Source: Calditrichia bacterium (GTDB lineage Bacteria; Calditrichota; Calditrichia; JAJRVZ01). Taken from it: DNA of 64,000 bases. A program made the position numbers and the translations under genes. Positions within the stretch are counted from its first letter, which is position 1. The number at the start of each line of letters is the position of its first letter. Below the pieces are notes generated by a model. That model had not been told where the DNA came from and did not search any database. It was given only the letters and a program-made list of their open reading frames with translations. Positions 1 through 8,880 of this stretch are shown here, in pieces. Where the stretch lies: positions 160,001 through 224,000 of the forward strand of contig CAVZSQ010000019.1 in the NCBI GenBank assembly GCA_963777955.1, in the 5' to 3' direction.

Positions 1-1452
1 TTTAGTGGTGAAGAAAGGTTCAAATATCTGTGTTTTCAGATCTTCCGGTATTCCTTTACCTGTATCTTTAACATACAGGTATACCGCTTGCTCAGACAAT
101 TTCAACTCCGTTTTGACCGTGAGCACCCCTTCATTCTCCATTGCTTCCACCGCATTGACGTACAAAGCCAATAAAGCCTGTTTGATCTGACTGTCATCAA
201 TCTCTATGGCCGGCAGGTCGGTTTGGAATTCACGAATCAGTTTGATATTATGTAATTTCAGATGATGGGCAATCAAGTCGATGGAATTATCAATAACATG
301 GTTAAGGTCATGGGCTTTGATCTCGATCGCTTCCTGACGGGAGAACAGCAACATATTTTTTACGATCGTACCGCTGCGCTCGCTTTCTGTTTCGATCATC
401 CGCAGATACTTGAGCATGGCTTCTTTTTCAGGGATAGGTGTATTTTCTTTGATTAATTTTTTCTGGATTAATTTGCTGTAAGTAAGTATGCCGGCGATGG
501 GATTATTCAGCTCATGGGCTACGGTCGCCGATAATTGTCCCAGTGAAGCCATTTTTTCAATCTGCAGATTACGTTTCTGCGTTCGTTCCAGTTCCTGTGT
601 CTTTTCCTGAACCCGGTTTTCCAATTGATTGGACCAGCTGGTGATCTCCCGTTTTGCTTCGCGCAGATCCGCAGTCATTCGATTAAAGGAACGGGCCAGA
701 CTGCCCATTTCATCGCCGGACGTGGATTTAATCTGATAACCGAGATTGCCGTTGGAAACTTCCCTGGTACCAAGGATCAGTCTTTTTACCGGTACATGTA
801 CAAAAAACCAGATCATTATCCCCACGGTCAGGGCCAGGGCCAGCGTGATGGCAATATTGGTCGAGATCATGCGCGAGCGGTTTTGTTCAACAATAGTATC
901 CATCTTTTCCAGGGAAAGACTTATGCGCAATAATCCCAGATAACTATCCGCCTGTTGATGCGCATGACAGTCCGCTGTATAACAACTTGGTTCGTTGGCA
1001 ATCGGTCTGACATAAACCATCAGGCGTTTTCCCCGGGCATCAAAAAAAATATGATGCCAGGCTTCGACAGGTTTTTTTCTCAGTTCGCCCGAGGATTCAT
1101 GACAGGGTGAACATTCCCGTTCGGCAAAGTCGGCTGTGCGATTTATTTCTTCTTCGGCAGTCGAGAAGGCAATCCTGCCGGTTTTATCAAAAAGGGTAAC
1201 TTTCTGGATTCCTTCCTTTTGGACGATCCCTTTCATAATGGAATTAGTCGATTCCGTGGCATTCAGCAGCATAGAATTTCTCATAGACCCGGCGACCACT
1301 TCGCTGGTCCGGTAAGCGCATTGGCGGGCGATCTCGGCATATTGCTCGGATTCTGTTTTGATATAATAGAGTGAAAAACCAACGGTCAGGATGATCAGAA
1401 CCACAAAGACAAGCACAAAGAGTTTAAAACTGAGCAGGCGATAAAAATACAT
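1..1452 (-). CDS. Membrane sensor histidine kinase with a c-heme-binding periplasmic domain and HAMP-HisKA-HATPase; runs off the left edge
   Basis: Not in the ORF track. Manual translation from ATG 1452: MYFYRLLSFKLFVLVFVVLII (TM1), CSPCH at 1113-1099, CYTADCH at 984-964, TM2, HAMP (DEMGSLARSFNRM), H-box VAHELNNP, and F-box QIFEPFFTTK in frame at the window edge. Confidence 0.92.
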   Translation of the reverse strand, partial: MYFYRLLSFKLFVLVFVVLIILTVGFSLYYIKTESEQYAEIARQCAYRTSEVVAGSMRNSMLLNATESTNSIMKGIVQKEGIQKVTLFDKTGRIAFSTAEEEINRTADFAERECSPCHESSGELRKKPVEAWHHIFFDARGKRLMVYVRPIANEPSCYTADCHAHQQADSYLGLLRISLSLEKMDTIVEQNRSRMISTNIAITLALALTVGIMIWFFVHVPVKRLILGTREVSNGNLGYQIKSTSGDEMGSLARSFNRMTADLREAKREITSWSNQLENRVQEKTQELERTQKRNLQIEKMASLGQLSATVAHELNNPIAGILTYSKLIQKKLIKENTPIPEKEAMLKYLRMIETESERSGTIVKNMLLFSRQEAIEIKAHDLNHVIDNSIDLIAHHLKLHNIKLIREFQTDLPAIEIDDSQIKQALLALYVNAVEAMENEGVLTVKTELKLSEQAVYLYVKDTGKGIPEDLKTQIFEPFFTTK

Positions 1453-1534
1453 CTTCGACCTTATTAAATATTTGAATCAAATTAACAAAATATTTAAAAA
1501 AGACAAATTTGATTTTTACATTTATAGCTAAACG

Positions 1535-1560
1535 AAAAAGGCACGAGGATTTCGTGCCTT
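1535..1560 (-). terminator. Intrinsic terminator after the gcvH-like/nrfD operon
   Basis: Stem AAGGCACGA/TCGTGCCTT with a T-run on the minus strand, about 30 nt after the stop at 1592. Confidence 0.7.
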
Positions 1561-1591
1561 CTTGTATTCATATTTTTCACGCCCTGGTTGA

Positions 1592-2308
1592 TTACTCATT
1601 ATGAGCCAGCTCTTTGCTCAACAAGAATTCCTCTGCCATTCCATGCCAGTTCTGGGGTGCGATTTCCCGTAAAAAACAGTCCTTGATTTGCCCTCCATCG
1701 GCCAGTACCGGTATCGTATCAGCGCTGATCAGTTGGTTCAATTTGTCCACAGTGTGTTGCAGCCAGGTATAGGCGATTTTCCCGGTGAGCAGATTTTTCA
1801 GATGAGTGCTCAAGCTGGGCACCCGCATCAACATGAACCAGCCATTTTCATAAGGATCTGTTTGCCGAAACTCACCGGGTTTATTCACTTTTTCATTTAC
1901 CTGCATTACTTCTCCGCTGACCGGCGCCAGGAATGAAAGCGATTTACCGTCAATCTCCGCGCTCCAGGCTTTTGAACCCTGCTGCAGATATTGTCCTTTT
2001 TCAGGTAAATTCCAGCGCGCTTCGGCACCTACTAACTTGCGGGCAAAATCATCGATTCCAATTTTAACGATATCGCCTTTTTCCGGTTTGACCCAGGTAT
2101 GACCCTGGTGGTAAAAATAACTGCCATCAAGATAAAACCAATCGATCAGTCTGATTCTTTTTTTACTTCCGGCCACAGCCAGTGCTGCTCCGGTAACCGG
2201 TGTATTCATCCAGCGCAGGAAGAAGTACATCAGGATTAAGAAAAAGATAACCAGGACATATTCGAATCCTTTGGTCGAAAAGATATCTATATATTTGAAA
2301 CCTTCCAT
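1592..2308 (-). CDS. Membrane-anchored GcvH-like (lipoyl-domain fold) protein B lacking the canonical lipoyl-Lys
   Basis: N-terminal TM helix; H-protein motifs GHTWV, GIDDFA, LAPVSGEV..VN and DPYENGW; the ESVK lipoylation site is replaced by EIDG(K); C-terminal LADGG extension. Confidence 0.85.
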   Translation of the reverse strand: MEGFKYIDIFSTKGFEYVLVIFFLILMYFFLRWMNTPVTGAALAVAGSKKRIRLIDWFYLDGSYFYHQGHTWVKPEKGDIVKIGIDDFARKLVGAEARWNLPEKGQYLQQGSKAWSAEIDGKSLSFLAPVSGEVMQVNEKVNKPGEFRQTDPYENGWFMLMRVPSLSTHLKNLLTGKIAYTWLQHTVDKLNQLISADTIPVLADGGQIKDCFLREIAPQNWHGMAEEFLLSKELAHNE

Positions 2309-3594
2309 GTTTCCAACTCCTTTTCTTTGAGATCATAAATATTATCAAATTTGCCATTCTTGCCAGCGCTGGCCCACAGCGGGGATTCACTCAACACCGG
2401 CATACGATTTACTATCCAGCGCAATACGACGATCTCGACAAAGATTACAGCCAGAGTAACTTCTATTTCCATCCAGGAGGGTATATATCTTTGTAGCGCC
2501 TGCCAGTTATAGGCGATAACCGAGATATTCAGACGGTTCAGAACAATACCGATCAGCGTAGTGACGGCCGCAAATTTTATCAGCTGCATGTTGCGATGCC
2601 GGAAGGCCTGTACGAATAAGATAAGCGGAACTACCACAAAACCAATCATTTCTACCAGATACCAGTAGCCCCAGCCGGTATCGATATAAGTCCAGTGCTT
2701 CTCATGAATGAACATCAGGACTTTCAGAAAAGCATAAACAAACATGCTGCCGGCGCAGATTTTGGTCAGGCTGAAAACGATATTATCATGTGATTGCTCG
2801 ATCCTGGGACTGAGCAGGTTTCTGAATACTTTATGGCTGATACTTCCTTCGAGAATCACCATGGACAGACCGGCAAAGATGCTGGAGATGAAGAACAGAA
2901 TGGGAATGAATTCTGAATACCACAGCGGGTGTATCTTGCTCTTGGCCATCAGGAACAACGCCCCCAAACCAGCCTGATGCAGGGTGGAGAGGGTGATGCC
3001 AATCACCACCGTGCCCAGGGTCAGGGAATGCAGAATTTTACGGATTCTTTTCCAGCCCAGCCATTCGGCAATGGCTGGTGAAAATTCAATAAATTCAGCC
3101 AGCATATACAGTAAAAAATGCCAGGCCACCAGAAACATTACCGAACTTACCCCGAATGAATTGCCGATGATCGGATTGACCACATTCCAGGGACGGCCCA
3201 GATCGAGTAACAGCGCTCCTGTGTAAAACACATAAGCCAGCAGCCCGTTGAGTACTGTTATCCTGGCGATCGGATGGTATTTTTCCAGATTCAGGACATA
3301 AACCAGGAACACCAGCACATAGGCACCGCCGGCGAAGGCGACGCCGGTGATCACATCAAATCCGATCCAGATCCCCCAGGGAAAATCCTGGGACAGATTG
3401 GTGACTGAACTCAGTCCGAAGATGAAACGAATAATGATCAGCACGGCTCCGACACCAATAATTATTGCCGACAGAACATTGAACGGGGTGATTAGTTTAC
3501 CCTTGGGTTTGAGTTCCTGCCGCAGGAATTTGAAAAATCTATGTCCTTCCGACTTGAGTAATAATTTTGAATCGACTGCTGTTTCCATCTTCAC
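2287..3594 (-). CDS. NrfD/PsrC-family (HybB/HmcC-like) quinone-interacting membrane subunit
   Basis: TNLSQDFPWGIWIGFDVITGVAFAGG, DLGRPW, LSTLHQ and HPLW motifs; about 10 TM helices. Confidence 0.9.
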   Translation of the reverse strand: MKMETAVDSKLLLKSEGHRFFKFLRQELKPKGKLITPFNVLSAIIIGVGAVLIIIRFIFGLSSVTNLSQDFPWGIWIGFDVITGVAFAGGAYVLVFLVYVLNLEKYHPIARITVLNGLLAYVFYTGALLLDLGRPWNVVNPIIGNSFGVSSVMFLVAWHFLLYMLAEFIEFSPAIAEWLGWKRIRKILHSLTLGTVVIGITLSTLHQAGLGALFLMAKSKIHPLWYSEFIPILFFISSIFAGLSMVILEGSISHKVFRNLLSPRIEQSHDNIVFSLTKICAGSMFVYAFLKVLMFIHEKHWTYIDTGWGYWYLVEMIGFVVVPLILFVQAFRHRNMQLIKFAAVTTLIGIVLNRLNISVIAYNWQALQRYIPSWMEIEVTLAVIFVEIVVLRWIVNRMPVLSESPLWASAGKNGKFDNIYDLKEKELETWKVSNI

Positions 3595-4446
3595 TCCTCC
3601 CCCTCAGATTTTTCCTTCCTGTCTTTGGTAGCAGCATGCAAAGCCAGCAGGAAAGCCGGTAACAGAATATCTACCACAGGCACACTATATAGAAACGTTT
3701 TGGTATGTTCCGGATACGGCTTTTCACCCAGATCGGTGCGGAATCCGATCTTTTCAAAAGGAACGGCCGAGAGGTATAACACGGAACTTCCCCCCACCTC
3801 CTGTTCGCCATATATATAATGAAGATAGGAATCGGGTTGCGTATAAATTCGCTTGTACGCTTCCTCTAATAAATCCCTGCGGCGCCCAAAAACGATTGCT
3901 TGTTCCGGGCATTCAGTGGCACAAGCCGGCTGATTACCGGTTTGCAGCCGGTCCCAGCATAAAATGCACTTCTGTATTTTGGGTATCGCTTTATCATATT
4001 CGAATTTTGGAATTTCATAAGGGCAGGATATCATACAAAACCGGCAGCCCAGACATTTACTTTCACGCCAGATTACAGCTCCGTCAGTCCGATTTATATA
4101 AGGCCTTGGAAACACAGGCAGCCACACAGGCTGGTTGATTGCAGTGCATGCATTGTTTCTTGACAAATATTTCCTGTCCCTCAACTTCAAACCGGTTAAC
4201 CAGGGTCCACTGTGTCGCCGAAGTATTACGCGGACCCTGAAACATGGCATCCAGGTCGGGTTCCGGCAGATCATGGGCTTCGGCACAGGCAACGGAACAG
4301 GTCTGGCAGCCCACACAGCGGGTCGTATCGATTAACAACCCTGAAAACTCTTTTTCAGATTCACTCTCCTGTGCACGAATCTGATCCAGCGGGAGAGCCG
4401 ACAGGCCGATCACCCCCAGAGTTTTGACAAAGTTTCTCCTATCCAT
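3591..4446 (-). CDS. Tat-exported 4x[4Fe-4S] ferredoxin (HybA/HmcB-like) with C-terminal TM anchor; frameshift near 4090
   Basis: Tat signal MDRRNFVK; Cys motifs CVGCQTCSVAC, CMHCNQPACVAAC, CLGCRFCMISCP and CILC...PACATECP; joined from ORFs 4084-4446 and 3591-4316; RBS AAGGAG. Confidence 0.9.
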
Positions 4447-4497
4447 AAATTGTATGCTCCTTATTTCAGCTGTCGCTGTAAGTTTCAGTGGTTCAGT

Positions 4498-4578
4498 TTA
4501 ATGAACTGTTTTGGAATGATGGACCAGATCAAAAGACAGTAGCAATATAATGGCCAGGATAAGACAAAGAATTACCAT
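4498..4578 (-). CDS. 26-aa hydrophobic micro-ORF MVILCLILAIILLLSFDLVHHSKTVH
   Basis: Manual translation; RBS AAGGGGG 5 nt upstream; fills the gap between gcvH-like A and the ferredoxin gene; resembles the TM anchor of gcvH-like A. Confidence 0.55.
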   Translation of the reverse strand: MVILCLILAIILLLSFDLVHHSKTVH

Positions 4579-4597
4579 GATTTCCCCCTTTTGAATT

Positions 4598-5275
4598 TTA
4601 CTTTAAGTTTTGGTGATATGGGAAAAATTTTTGTACGATCAGGGCCCAATCCTGATTGGACATCTGCCTGATATACTCCGGATCGATCTTACCGCCGTCA
4701 TTCAAATAATGTCCCTGCTGGGCATACAGATACAAATCGTCGCGTAATTTTGTGTTAAGCAGTGCCGCCTGGGCATGTGGTAATAGATTATTAGCCTCAC
4801 TGTTCAGACTATCTGCTTTAATTTTGAGGATCCATGATTTTTCAACCTGTGACGACGGCAGGGGCAGATTCATTTTACAGGCCGGATTAATGCCGACAAC
4901 CTCCCCGGACAGCGGTGCCAGTTGCGCCAGAGCATGTTCGCCCAGCTGCACATCCCAGATTTTAGTTCCCTGGGTAAGATGGGATCCTACCAGAGGTAAT
5001 TGCTGTATCTTTACCTGGTCAGTAAACAGGCTGGAAATAAAGTCATCATATCCCACATATAGATATCCCTGATCCGAAGGAACCACCCAGGTGTGGCTAA
5101 GATGATACAGCCGGTTTAATTCATTACCTAGCGGTAGCAGGGCTTTATCCGGACTTAAAAATATCGGCGATTTATCCGATTTGTCTTTTTCTTTTAAAAT
5201 TCTTTCTTCACGGCGGGTCAACCAGTCTATCCCCAGGAAGACCAGAATAGTCAAAAGAACCAGCGCGAATACCAT
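4598..5275 (-). CDS. Membrane-anchored GcvH-like protein A, no lipoyl-Lys
   Basis: N-terminal TM MVFALVLLTILVFLGID; SHTWV, VGYDDF, LAPLSGEVVGIN and WILKIK motifs; the lipoyl hairpin reads QLGEH; C-terminal LNDGG. Confidence 0.82.
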   Translation of the reverse strand: MVFALVLLTILVFLGIDWLTRREERILKEKDKSDKSPIFLSPDKALLPLGNELNRLYHLSHTWVVPSDQGYLYVGYDDFISSLFTDQVKIQQLPLVGSHLTQGTKIWDVQLGEHALAQLAPLSGEVVGINPACKMNLPLPSSQVEKSWILKIKADSLNSEANNLLPHAQAALLNTKLRDDLYLYAQQGHYLNDGGKIDPEYIRQMSNQDWALIVQKFFPYHQNLK

Positions 5276-5316
5276 TTTTTACTCCTTTCAAACTACTTTC
5301 TTCACTTTTCAGTATC

Positions 5317-5331
5317 TCAAAATCTATGCCA
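5317..5331 (-). promoter_or_regulatory. Putative sigma54 (-24/-12) promoter
   Basis: TGGCATAGATTTTGA compared with consensus TGGCACG-N4-TTGC (GA instead of GC at -12); about 40 nt upstream of the ATG at 5275. Confidence 0.55.
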
Positions 5332-5418
5332 GTAAATTTCACAATAAAATGATCTATCTAACCAAATGATTATGTTTAAATTAGCAGAATACTAAGAGAT
5401 ATAGTGAAATTAATGATG

Positions 5419-5522
5419 TGTTGAATATAATTACATATATTTGGATATTTTATATAATTATAACAATATTAATAGGTTATAATTGTTGATTATAATTACA
5501 TTATGTTGTATTATACAACATA
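5419..5522. promoter_or_regulatory. Three TGT-N11-ACA boxes (putative enhancer-binding-protein sites)
   Basis: TGTTGAATATAATTACA at 5419-5435, TGTTGATTATAATTACA at 5484-5500, and the palindrome TATGTTGTAT-T-ATACAACATA at 5502-5522. Confidence 0.6.
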
Positions 5523-5613
5523 TATAATTTGAACTAAGGCAATAGGCAGGTCAATCTGCATTTATATAAGTTATTTATATTGTGGCTACGCTAAACTGTA
5601 ATTTTTTTCAACA

Positions 5614-6508
5614 TTAAATCAAAATATCATCTGACCAGCCAATTTTAATCAATTCAATTTTGGTTGGATCTGCTGTACCCAGATGGTGACGTGTGTCGGC
5701 TAGAAATATATGTTTTGGCGGAGGATTGATCGGGCGATCTTCCTTAAAAAATAGTCTGCGTTTGGTCTGAATTATGCGTACACCTGTGGCATCCACGGCT
5801 ACCGGATCAAATCCCACTAATAAACCTTTATACGCCCAGGTGTATTTGGCACTGAAATGATGGGGACCGACACCGTGAAATAAGGGGGTAAGCATTACCA
5901 GAATATTTAGGCGGGTTTTATTCTGGACCAGCGGTAATTTCCAGATTGCAGCCAGATCAGCGCAGGAATCATCATGATAATCCCAGGGTCTCTCTACAAA
6001 CATTATATAATTCTTGATCAGAGTACCGACTCCCGACCAATCATGGGTACGCATCGGCCGGATATTGATCAAAGCCGTGGCTTTCATAAAGACCGGATCA
6101 GTAAGCAAACTTCGATCATTAATACTGATATTTGCGGGAGTCACACCGCAATCTGTAACCCGCATTTTAATATGTGATTCTAATTCGGGAGGAGTGGCCA
6201 GGCGCGACCAGATATTGGTCTTGATTCCCACCACATCGTCCCGATGTAATGATCTGCTTCCAGGCTGCAGCTGCATCCGCTTGATCAGTCAATGCGGAAA
6301 CGGCCTGATCAAGCATGCCCCTGAGCAGGTCAGCGTTCAGCTTATTATTGGCATCAATCACAGCTGCGTCGCGGATCAGTACCACTCTGCTTTTCGTCGC
6401 AGTTTGCGCAAATCCCTTTGCCGGCAGATTCAAATAAAGCGCACCGGCAATTGCAGCAGCGGAGGTATTTTGCATAAATTCACGCCGGGTATAGACTTTC
6501 TTCTTCAT
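5614..6508 (-). CDS. Tat-exported DUF362-family protein (frameshift near 6245)
   Basis: Tat motif TRREF; SRVVLIRD, DVVGIKTN, RTHDWSGV...IKNY and FDPVAVDA motifs; joined from ORFs 6167-6508 and 5614-6276. Confidence 0.75.
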
Positions 6509-6523
6509 AAGTGCTCTCCTGGC

Positions 6524-7441
6524 TTATTCTGATTCTGAAAAACCGATTAAATTATTCTCTACCTGTTTACAGATCTTTTCGACACTGCTTTTACTTTCAC
6601 TCCTGAAGACAATCACCAATACCGACCGGTCGAGTTTATAACCGGTCCAATATTTATCTTCAATCTGCAGCACACTTCGCTCTCCGGCATCAGCCAGAAA
6701 AGTCTTCTTGAAATCCCGGGTGGCGCTTAGCGCCTGCTGCGGATCCGGATATTTGATCACCAGCAGCAGGAGCGGACTGCTTTCCCCCTGCTTATACTGG
6801 GCCAGCATGGCTTCGCAGTTTTGATCGATATGCAGGATGTTCTGATCGGCGATATAATAATACGTGTTCAGCCAGATATGATGATGAAAGTACCGGATGC
6901 TGCTCTGGATCAATCCTTCGGGCGGTAACAGCGAGAGTAGTGCCGGCAGTGTCCCTGACCTGGGTATGGTCTGCTCTATTTTTTTTGCCAACTCCTCTAT
7001 GACCTGCCTGGACCGTTCTGTTTCCGGACTGGCCAGCAGGGAAACCAGGTAATGATCTTTCCAGAACAGCAACAGTCCTTCGATGTACTGACTGCCCTGA
7101 CCGAAGCTACTGTCTATCGATTCGCGGGTATGCGCAAAAACTCCATAGGCATTGGCCGAGGTCTCCATATCGAAAACTTCGACGATCAATTCCGGCTGGC
7201 CCGGGTAATTATAGCTGCGGCTGAACAAACTCCTGAAACCATATGATAAATATAATTCGGCTCCACCATTGATATGCCGATAAAGATTTTCACGATTAAA
7301 TATTTTATCTTCAGTTTTCTGCCAGCCGGAAATGCCTGGGGGTAAAATTCCGCTCCAATTGATTTCCGTGTTATTCTGTCCAATTCCCGATTCAGGTAAA
7401 AATACGAACATATTTAAAATTAATGAAATAATTGCAAACAT
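6524..7441 (-). CDS. Exported protein, DUF6599-like
   Basis: Signal peptide; NLYRHINGGAELYLSYGF and VEVFDM...NAYGVF motifs. Confidence 0.65.
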   Translation of the reverse strand: MFAIISLILNMFVFLPESGIGQNNTEINWSGILPPGISGWQKTEDKIFNRENLYRHINGGAELYLSYGFRSLFSRSYNYPGQPELIVEVFDMETSANAYGVFAHTRESIDSSFGQGSQYIEGLLLFWKDHYLVSLLASPETERSRQVIEELAKKIEQTIPRSGTLPALLSLLPPEGLIQSSIRYFHHHIWLNTYYYIADQNILHIDQNCEAMLAQYKQGESSPLLLLVIKYPDPQQALSATRDFKKTFLADAGERSVLQIEDKYWTGYKLDRSVLVIVFRSESKSSVEKICKQVENNLIGFSESE

Positions 7442-7469
7442 ACATATTCCTTATGATTTATTTGAATTT

Positions 7470-7499
7470 TGTAGGGACAGGTCGCGACCTGTCCCTACA
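7470..7499. repeat. GTAG-type REP-like perfect palindrome (30 bp)
   Basis: TGTAGGGACAGGTCG|CGACCTGTCCCTACA; overlaps the TAG stop of the oxidoreductase gene. Confidence 0.8.
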
Positions 7500-8869
7500 T
7501 ATTTTTATCTACAATCATATTTTCAACCCGTGGCGGTAAATACTTTTTAATCCAGCTTTCATAATCCCCGTCATAACCGACCTTCTGCTGTAAGTTCTTA
7601 ATCCGGTTATGTATAGCCTGTATCTGTTCCGTCGTCAGTAAACTTTTTCTGGCCAATTTGCGTTGAATCTGGTCTATTTTAGCCTGGCTGTTGCGTTCGG
7701 CTCTCTCGAAAATTTCCTGGTAATCCTGTTCCTGCCAGGCCAGGTATTCATCCATCACCTTTTCCGAAACCTGCCGCCCATGCAGTTGAGATTCTTTTAT
7801 ATTCCCCCTGCCGGTAACAGCATTGCCCGAGGACAAAAACATTCTCAAATCCTTCCATTTGTCCGCTTTCAGTATTTTTGACTTAAATACTCCATCTGCA
7901 AAGGGCAGCATCCGCAATTGGCTCCGGCAAACTGCCGATCGCCGAGATAACCAGGGGAGATTTAACCATGTAGCGACTGTCCGGTATTGTAGTTAATTTT
8001 CCTGCTGATGACACCGTGGTCTTTTCAAAAATCAGACCAGTCAACCTGTCCCTGTCTGCTGTAAAATCGACCGGATAGTGACATTCCCTGAAGCGGAAAA
8101 AGTACTTGCTTTGAAAATTATCCATGATCTTATGACGTACGCGGGAAGCTATTTCAAGTTCCTGCGCTGATGGCCAGGCAGGCAGATTGGTCAGGGGCAT
8201 CTCGCTCAAGCGGCGCCGGTAATATAAGGTACATCCCTGTAAATCCAGTTGGGCCGGAGTAAGGTTTAACTGTTTCAACACTGCCCATACACCTGTTTTC
8301 TCCAGGGTAAGCACATCGAAATAGTAGCCCTGACGTTCCAGTTTTTGCCGCGCTGTTTCGATCGATAAAATCTTGATCACATCCAGGGAGGCCAATCCGC
8401 CGCCAATGACAATTGTACCATCGCTGATATCAAACCGGGGACCCTGATAATCAGGATCGTGATTTTGATTGAACCAGGCTACAAACGGATTCTGATAATA
8501 AAGACCTTTATTGATATAGGCATCGATCCCCTTTACGGGTAAGGGCCGATCCTGCCAGGCCCCGGTGGCCAGCAGGATAGCGCTGAAGTTCCAATTCGTG
8601 ATCAGGTCGGTGAAGGACAGGTCTTTACCCAGACGTACAGAGGGGACATAATGGATCAAGGGGTGCTTGAGTTTAGCGTCGATTTTCTCTTCCTGGCTGT
8701 TGCGCAGGTTGACATGCCATTTGGGTAAACCCGTTTCCAGTTTACCATAAGGCAGGGGATTCTGTTCGAAGATTACACAATTTATATTCCGTTCACTTAA
8801 TCTGGAAGCAGCTTCGGAGCCGGCGACGGCTCCGCCTATAATAGCGACAAAGTGTCCGGGAGAGATCAT
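7495..8869 (-). CDS. FAD/NAD(P)-dependent oxidoreductase (ferredoxin-NADP reductase/GltD-like); frameshift near 7900
   Basis: Rossmann motifs VAIIGGAVAGSEAA, LLATGAW, VIGGGLASLD, VISAIGSLP and GNAVTGRGNI. Confidence 0.8.
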
Positions 8870-8880
8870 GGGGGAATGCG

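Noticed and set aside
5..943. Plus-strand ORFs at 5-943 and the many other short antisense ORFs in the track
   Set aside because: They are shadows of well-supported genes on the opposite strand and show no motifs or RBS.
4084..4090. In-frame TGA in the ferredoxin gene as possible selenocysteine
   Set aside because: It is not at a Cys position and the protein continues in a different frame, so it is an indel. The HdrA and MvhD motifs also use ordinary Cys codons.
2287..4446. Hydrogenase-2 (hyb) or alternative complex III operon
   Set aside because: No NiFe subunits, maturation genes or Act cytochrome/molybdopterin-like subunits are present in the operon.
1592..5275. Glycine cleavage system or sHdr-LbpA sulfur-oxidation system
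   Set aside because: There are no gcvP, gcvT, gcvL, lipoate ligase or sHdr genes nearby, and the lipoyl-Lys is absent. The hdrA cluster is more than 50 kb away and Qmo-like.
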